DNA from: an uncultured virus (IMG/VR IMGVR_UViG_3300006802_016159)
Lineage: Duplodnaviria > Heunggongvirae > Uroviricota > Caudoviricetes
Strand: one strand, 5' to 3'
DNA: 64,000 nucleotides
Virus record (IMG/VR): IMGVR_UViG_3300006802_016159
This document shows, in pieces, positions 58,691 to 64,000 of the stretch; the first letter of the stretch is position 1, and each line of letters begins with the position of its first letter. The notes under the pieces are model-generated. The model ran no database searches. It saw only the letters and a list, made by a program, of their open reading frames with translations, and had not been told where the DNA came from. Both the position numbers and the translations under genes were made by a program.

Positions 58691-59327
58691 AAACTTTCAT
58701 TTTAAATTCGAAATAAGCATGTAATTCTTCTGGAACGTGGTGTCTCCACTTGCCTACTTCTGGTGTGTTTGAAATGTGATGACCATTGATTGCAAAATTT
58801 GGGGCGGTTTGATCGAATGATGTATTCGCAGCATCCTCCTTCAATTTGCGCATGTCATACTTTTCTTGTACCAATGTAATGAAATTTTCGTCAATTGTCA
58901 AGTCTAAAAGCTTACCTAACTTGTTCAATACGAAACGGTAATCTCCTAAACCATCAGGATATATCTCATCATAATTAAATATTCCGCGATGCTCAGTCTC
59001 GCCCAAGGCATTGATACGCTTTACCATGTCAATCGAGCGTGTAACATGAGGATTATTAATCAAACTTGTGATTTTTTCTTTTGTGTCGTACTTTTTATTC
59101 ATGTTGTCCTCAAGGATAGTATTCCCAATTGAGACAGCAAGATCCCTTGCATTACGTGTACAAAGAATCGTCTTGGCTCCATGAGAATCCCTTGCTCGAA
59201 TGTGTTCTTCTGGCAAGTCATGATGTGACAGCACAGAATCATCAATCAATTCTGCGGCAAGCAATCTGAGGATTGACGTTCCAGTTCTGGGGGGTGCGTA
59301 AATTTGAAGATCAATAAAATTGTCCAT
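58683..59327 (-). CDS. sulfotransferase-domain protein
   Basis: PPRTGTS, RNARDLAVS, YDE, GKW (Sulfotransfer_1-like). Confidence 0.65.
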   Translation of the reverse strand: MDNFIDLQIYAPPRTGTSILRLLAAELIDDSVLSHHDLPEEHIRARDSHGAKTILCTRNARDLAVSIGNTILEDNMNKKYDTKEKITSLINNPHVTRSIDMVKRINALGETEHRGIFNYDEIYPDGLGDYRFVLNKLGKLLDLTIDENFITLVQEKYDMRKLKEDAANTSFDQTAPNFAINGHHISNTPEVGKWRHHVPEELHAYFEFKMKVYE

Positions 59328-59362
59328 AAAAATATGACAAAGAAAACCTTTGAAATATTCAA

Positions 59363-60013
59363 TTAAGTACTTTTATGTTTTTTTATTTCGGAGGTATAAT
59401 ATTCATGCAGTTCTTCAGGAATGTATTTTTTCCATTTTCCTGTCTCTGGGTTCTCGGAAATATGCTTGCCGTGCAAAGGGAAGTCCGCGCAAACTTTTTC
59501 AAATGAATCTATTTTGTTTGTGGCCTCTTTTAGTTTATTTAAATTCAATTTCTTGTTAATGGAATCAAATACTTCTTTTCTACAATCCAAACCATAAAAT
59601 TCATTCAATGTCTCAAATAAAAACTCATAATTGCCTAGTCCATCAGGAAATATCTCATCGTAATTTAAAAACAATCGAAATTTCGTACGAGGAATTGCGT
59701 GTACCATTCTCACCATATTAAATGCATTCGAAACAATCTCATTGTGTATGAGTTCATTGATTTCTTGTTCCGTTTTAAATTCACGCTTACCCTTCAGCTT
59801 CCCTCTCAGAATGCTGTGACCGATTGAAATTGCTAAATCCTCATAATTTCTCACCATATACACAGTCTGCAAAGATTGCTTGTCCCGTGCATCAATTTCA
59901 TTTAAATCCAAATCATGATGCTTTTTCAATTCTACTCCCATCTCACCGCTCACCATCTGGACAATAGTAGAGCCACATCTAACAGGCGATCTCAAAATTA
60001 CTTCTTTCTTCAT
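59363..60013 (-). CDS. sulfotransferase-domain protein, tandem paralog
   Basis: PVRCGST, RNYEDLAIS, NYDEIFPDGLG, HISENPETGKW. Start placed at MKKEV, 6 nt after a TATAAT. Confidence 0.65.
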   Translation of the reverse strand: MKKEVILRSPVRCGSTIVQMVSGEMGVELKKHHDLDLNEIDARDKQSLQTVYMVRNYEDLAISIGHSILRGKLKGKREFKTEQEINELIHNEIVSNAFNMVRMVHAIPRTKFRLFLNYDEIFPDGLGNYEFLFETLNEFYGLDCRKEVFDSINKKLNLNKLKEATNKIDSFEKVCADFPLHGKHISENPETGKWKKYIPEELHEYYTSEIKKHKST

Positions 60014-60047
60014 AATTCTATTATACGTAAAATCCGCCAATTGCTGG

Positions 60048-60426
60048 GCCTGATCTTCGAACTTACCATTCAGGCTACACCTCTCCCAATGCACGTATAA
60101 TAAAAAATACTATACGGCAAAGGGAGAGTTATACCAAACGAGTATAACCTGACTTTCGTCAATTGAATCTTTTTGGTATGCGTCCACAACTTACGCCTAC
60201 CTCACCCTGTCTGTCGTGCAGGGACTTCAATTCTCTGTTCCGTTTTATCTGGAACCATCCACAGAATTACTTCTGTTTCAGCTTGTGGTCCGCGTTACAG
60301 TTAGCCCTCTACCACAAGATTTTTTATTTGTAAAGCGATATTCATATTCGAGTTGCCATCCTCGCGGGTCATGTTTCAGATCTCCGTCGCTTGTCTACGC
60401 CATACAAAAGTATGGAGGCATGATCT
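60048..60426 (-). ncRNA. candidate structured non-coding RNA or cis-element
   Basis: About 10 consecutive inverted repeats, including a GAAA tetraloop on the minus strand, downstream of a TTGACA promoter. No convincing ORF. Confidence 0.45.
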
Positions 60427-60428
60427 TT

Positions 60429-60457
60429 AAAATCTCACATTTTTCATATTTTGTCAA
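60429..60457 (-). promoter_or_regulatory. putative sigma70-type promoter pointing into the structured region
   Basis: TTGACA-N17-GATTTT with extended TG. The -10 is weak. Confidence 0.4.
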
Positions 60458-60469
60458 GAAAAAAAATGA

Positions 60470-60498
60470 TTGACATTGTGCGAAAAATAGTCTAAAGT
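60470..60498 (+). promoter_or_regulatory. sigma70-type promoter (divergent)
   Basis: TTGACA-N17-TAAAGT at the strand switch. Confidence 0.6.
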
Positions 60499-60510
60499 AA
60501 ATAACACATT

Positions 60511-60618
60511 ATGATTTGGATATTTTTTTTGATTTTATTCGTGTTGGCTCGATCATTTTTCGTTGAGTTGTTCTATAATAAAAGTAATAGGGAAAGCTTA
60601 TGGAAGTATATGGATTAA
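60511..60618 (+). CDS. possible 35-aa membrane microprotein
   Basis: MIWIFFLILFVLARSFFVELFYNKSNRESLWKYMD, directly after the + promoter. Confidence 0.3.
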   Translation: MIWIFFLILFVLARSFFVELFYNKSNRESLWKYMD

Positions 60619-60959
60619 TTTTAATTGGCCTCGCGGTTTCGGTGGCATGTTTCATCTTGTATGATACTGATGCGCTGGAAGCGTATGCCAAAGTCCTGTT
60701 CAAATCCGACCACCCCATTAACAATCCAACTGGTCCCTCTACTAATATGACTCTGTTGGAGAGGCTCCAATTCAAATATCCTGATAGTTTTTGGGTTGAT
60801 CTTGTGAATTGTTCAGTCTGTTTGACTGTTTGGTTGGTAGCAATCTTGAGCCTGATTGTAGGAATATTTAATCCTCTTATCTGGGCCGCTTCAATTTTTA
60901 TTGCATGGTCGGGCTATTTTATTTTAAAAATTTTGCAGCATCATGGATCAAAGGATTAA
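60600..60959 (+). CDS. membrane protein, DUF1360-like
   Basis: Hydrophobic segments and LVNCSVCLTVW (CxxC..W). Confidence 0.55.
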   Translation: MEVYGLILIGLAVSVACFILYDTDALEAYAKVLFKSDHPINNPTGPSTNMTLLERLQFKYPDSFWVDLVNCSVCLTVWLVAILSLIVGIFNPLIWAASIFIAWSGYFILKILQHHGSKD

Positions 60960-61488
60960 AGATAGATTTAAACAACAGGAAGAAAGCTGGGACTTCACCA
61001 CTTTTATAGACGGCAAGCTTCATAGTCACAATGAGGCAATGGAAAATTTAAAAAAGGAAATGGACGAACAAGACGCTAAAATAAAAGAGAAAGAGGAACA
61101 AGAGAAGCTCGAAAACTCACCCGTCGAACCAGAAGTCGTATCAGAAATTCTGTCAGAAGAATACGGGACAAATCAAGAGGCGACGGCAACGCGCCATGTA
61201 TTTGGTGGCATGGAGGAATACAATTCTTGGTATCTTTCAAACCAAGATAGGTTTACTGAGGCCCAACAGAAGCCATCCGATTCTATAGTCAAGCTTCAAG
61301 AGTGGTCGTCCAAGGGCTGCGCATGTAATCGAGACAAGAGACGAGCATTTGCTAGAGTAGAGTGGAGACGCCTCATGTTAGAGAATTACGAAAAGACAGA
61401 TTTGATCGAAGTCATTAGACAGATCACGGGCAAGGACGAAGTCGAGTTTAAATTAGGTGAAGATTCCTTCATCGTACACTCAAAATAA
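60943..61488 (+). CDS. hypothetical protein
   Basis: 181 aa with an acidic coiled N-terminus and a GCACNR motif. Confidence 0.6.
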   Translation: MDQRIKDRFKQQEESWDFTTFIDGKLHSHNEAMENLKKEMDEQDAKIKEKEEQEKLENSPVEPEVVSEILSEEYGTNQEATATRHVFGGMEEYNSWYLSNQDRFTEAQQKPSDSIVKLQEWSSKGCACNRDKRRAFARVEWRRLMLENYEKTDLIEVIRQITGKDEVEFKLGEDSFIVHSK

Positions 61489-61583
61489 TTCCTCCAGAAA
61501 AAAAACAACTTTAAACATCTTTTTACTTTCTTTCTGTAGAAAAATGTTGTAATATACTCTAACACAATCAATTTCAAAAGACA

Positions 61584-64000
61584 ATGACTAAATTTACAAA
61601 CGAATTTTCAGCAGAGGTATGGTCAGACACCTACAAACACCACAAAGACGAAACAGTAGATGACACATTTAGAAGAGTTGCAACTGCAATAGCTTCCGTC
61701 GAAAAAAACAAAGAGCTTCGCCAGAAATATCAAGCCGAGTTCGAGGATATGCTCTCAGATTTCAAGGCAACTTCTGGAGGAAGAATTACCGCTAACGCAG
61801 GAGCGGGTTGGGAGGGAACCACTCTTATGAACTGCTTCGTCGGGCCAAAGCCAAAATACGATCAGGATTCTCTTGAAGGCATTCTTGATGTTCTTCGTTC
61901 ACAGGCTCAAACCCTCAAGTCCGAGGGTGGTTGGGGAATGAATTTTTCCTTCATTCGCCCACGTTCTTCATTCATTCATGGGATTGGCGTGGAAACTCCC
62001 GGCGCAGTCAAATTTATGGAGATTTTTGATAAATCTTCTGATGTAATTACCGCTGGTTCTGGCAAGAAAAAGAAAAAGAAAGAGGGTAAAACCAAAATAA
62101 GAAAGGGGGCAATGATGTCAGTCTTGGACTGCTGGCATCCCGACGTTGTTGAGTTTGTTACAGCAAAGCAACAAGAAGGCAGGCTTGAGAAGTTCAATAT
62201 GTCTGTGAATTGCAGCACGGAATTCATGGAAAAGGTCAAGAAGGCTAAGAAAGGTCAGGCTCAGACTTGGGATTTGATTTTTCCAGATACGACACACGAA
62301 AAGTATTGTGAGGAATGGAATGGTGATATTCAAACATGGAAAGCTAAAGGTTATCCAGTTGTAGTTCATGATACTATTAATGTGTTAGATTTGTGGAACG
62401 CTATTATGGACTCCACTTACAATCGCAATGAGCCGGGGGTTCTATTTATGGACACCGCAAATAAGACTCATTGTTGGAACTATGGCGGTCCCGATTCTTT
62501 CATTGCAGCTACAAACCCTTGTGGAGAACAGTGTCTTCCTTTCGGTGCCGTTTGCAATTTAGCTTCTATCAATCTTACTCAGTTTATTGACATGGATTCT
62601 AGGGCGTTTAATTTAAAAGCAATTAAAAAGCAAGTCAAGAGGCTTGTCCGATTCTTGGATAACGTCAACGAATACACCAACGCTCCTTTGGCAGAATATG
62701 AAGCTTCTATTAAGGGAAGAAGGCGTATTGGTATCGGTGTAATGGGTTGGGGTTCTGCTCTTTATATGCTGAAGACTCGTTTTGCTTCTAACAAAGCCGA
62801 ACAAATAAAAGACGAGTTGATGAAGGTCATTACTCATACTGCTGTTGAGGCGAGCATTGATTTGGCTATTGAGAAGGGAATGTTTGAGGGTTGTGATCCA
62901 GAACAACACGCGGCGGCGCCCTTCTGGCAGCAGATTGACCTTCCCCAGAGTCTCATAAATAAGATCAAGAAATACGGCATTCGTAACTCCGCGCTGTTCT
63001 CCATTCAACCAACGGGCAATTCCTCTGTGTTTGCGAATTTGGTTTCGGGTGGATTGGAACCTGTCTTCCTGCCAGAATACATTAGGACTTCCATTGTAAA
63101 CGTGTGTCCTGATGACCTCTTACCTCACTGTCCCAAATATTGGGAGGGGGAAATGAAGGAAACGGACGTGTTCAAGTGGACAACTGAGGGTGACACCAAG
63201 ATTCTCCGTGGAGAATTCGAAGGGATTGTTTACAAGATTGACGGAAACCGTGGTCTTACCAAAGAAACTCTGGTTGAAGATTATGGAGTGAGAGTCTTGA
63301 AGGAATTGGGAGAGTGGAAGGCAGACGCGAAATGGGCGGCTACCACGACGAACCTTTCTGTTCAGGAACACGTCAAGGATATGCAGGGCTTCGGTAAGTG
63401 GATTGACTCTTCGATGTCCAAGACTGTGAATCTCCCTCAAGATTATCCTTTTGACAGTTTCGAGGAATTGTATTTGGACGCTTATAATACTGGCTATCTC
63501 AAGGGTATCACTACTTATAGAGATGGAACCATGACCTCTGTACTTTCCGCCGCAAATAAAGAAGATAACAAGGAGGAAGAAAAGATCGTCAAGACTCTTG
63601 CTCCTAAGAGGCCAAAGGAAATGAAAGCCGAGCTTCATCATCTTACAGTTCAAAAAAGAAAGTATTATGTTGCAGTGGGACTATACGGTGGTGACCCATA
63701 CGAAGTGTTCACTGGAAATAATTACGACGCAGAGGGTGAAGTGTATATTCCAAATAAGATATTCGAAGGAACCATCGTCAAGAAGAAGCGTGGTTCCTAT
63801 GAGTTCTGTGTGGAGGAAGGTGAGTGTTTCAGCTTGACCAATGGACACGCTGATGATACGGCTGATGCTCTTACTCGTTCTATTTCTACTGGCTTGAGAC
63901 ATGGGGTTGATATTTCTATTCTAGTTCATCAACTTGAAAAGACCAGCGGCCCGCTTGTCAGTTTTTCCAAAGCTCTTGCGAGGACTCTCAAGAAATACAT
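61584..64000 (+). CDS. nrdJ: class II (adenosylcobalamin-dependent) ribonucleotide reductase, 3'-truncated
   Basis: Manual translation from ATG 61584: GGRITANAG, LMNCFV, GGWGMNFS, RKGAMM, WHPD, FNMSV, EPG, TNPCGEQ, CNLASINL, RRIGIG, SIQPTG, SMSKTVN. Absent from the ORF track because no stop lies inside the window. Confidence 0.9.
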   Translation, partial: MTKFTNEFSAEVWSDTYKHHKDETVDDTFRRVATAIASVEKNKELRQKYQAEFEDMLSDFKATSGGRITANAGAGWEGTTLMNCFVGPKPKYDQDSLEGILDVLRSQAQTLKSEGGWGMNFSFIRPRSSFIHGIGVETPGAVKFMEIFDKSSDVITAGSGKKKKKKEGKTKIRKGAMMSVLDCWHPDVVEFVTAKQQEGRLEKFNMSVNCSTEFMEKVKKAKKGQAQTWDLIFPDTTHEKYCEEWNGDIQTWKAKGYPVVVHDTINVLDLWNAIMDSTYNRNEPGVLFMDTANKTHCWNYGGPDSFIAATNPCGEQCLPFGAVCNLASINLTQFIDMDSRAFNLKAIKKQVKRLVRFLDNVNEYTNAPLAEYEASIKGRRRIGIGVMGWGSALYMLKTRFASNKAEQIKDELMKVITHTAVEASIDLAIEKGMFEGCDPEQHAAAPFWQQIDLPQSLINKIKKYGIRNSALFSIQPTGNSSVFANLVSGGLEPVFLPEYIRTSIVNVCPDDLLPHCPKYWEGEMKETDVFKWTTEGDTKILRGEFEGIVYKIDGNRGLTKETLVEDYGVRVLKELGEWKADAKWAATTTNLSVQEHVKDMQGFGKWIDSSMSKTVNLPQDYPFDSFEELYLDAYNTGYLKGITTYRDGTMTSVLSAANKEDNKEEEKIVKTLAPKRPKEMKAELHHLTVQKRKYYVAVGLYGGDPYEVFTGNNYDAEGEVYIPNKIFEGTIVKKKRGSYEFCVEEGECFSLTNGHADDTADALTRSISTGLRHGVDISILVHQLEKTSGPLVSFSKALARTLKKY

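Noticed and set aside
60040..60090. tRNA-like start GGGAGAGGTGTAGCCTGAATGGTAAG on the minus strand
   Set aside because: No cloverleaf, anticodon arm or properly placed T-arm/acceptor pairing could be built.
60014..60094. N-terminal extension of the 243-aa ORF to 60094
   Set aside because: Paralog alignment and TATAAT-N6-ATG favour a start at 60013. The extension overlaps hairpins.
60190..60235. RNase P RNA (minus strand GAAGTCC...CAGGGTG resembles GAAAGUCC...)
   Set aside because: Lacks the GAGGAAAGUCC start and the complementary 3' P4 strand. The similarity is too short.
60216..60473. 85-aa + strand ORF
   Set aside because: GTG start, no motif, and it spans the hairpin region and promoters. 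Probably spurious.
61976..63902. Several minus-strand ORFs at the window end
   Set aside because: Antisense shadows of nrdJ.
1..64000. Stop-codon reassignment
   Set aside because: Long intact ORFs tile the window in the standard code, and TAA, TGA and TAG all terminate recognisable genes.

Overview
Gene-dense, AT-rich segment of a large (jumbo-type) tailed dsDNA bacteriophage genome, read in the standard bacterial code. Many neighbouring genes are coupled by ATGA/TAATG overlaps. Layout: (i) 1-10586 and 15033-24682 (+), large putative virion proteins, several strongly enriched in Ser-Gly/Thr-Gly dipeptides, interrupted by a minus-strand island (annealase-like protein, GT9 glycosyltransferase split over two genes, SSB-like protein); (ii) 24679-34726 (-), a replication/recombination module with a DnaE-type polymerase split into separate PHP, DnaQ-exonuclease and polymerase genes, plus Cas4/RecB-like nuclease, primase, DnaB and RecA; (iii) 34692-60013 (-), a ~25 kb glycan biosynthesis and decoration cluster (nucleotide-sugar enzymes, heptose kinase, about 8 glycosyltransferases including GT-D, 3 sulfotransferases, methyltransferases, TauD/ATP-grasp/DegT/GNAT), interspersed with ClpP, SET-domain, sigma-factor and dNMP-kinase genes; (iv) 60048-60426, a hairpin-packed non-coding region (candidate structured RNA) next to divergent promoters; (v) 61584-end (+), class II ribonucleotide reductase. 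Leading hypothesis: a phage-encoded, proteoglycan-like virion glycosylation/sulfation system acting on S/T-G motifs. No tRNA, rRNA, CRISPR array or IS element was recognised. All functional calls come from motif recognition by eye, not from database searches.
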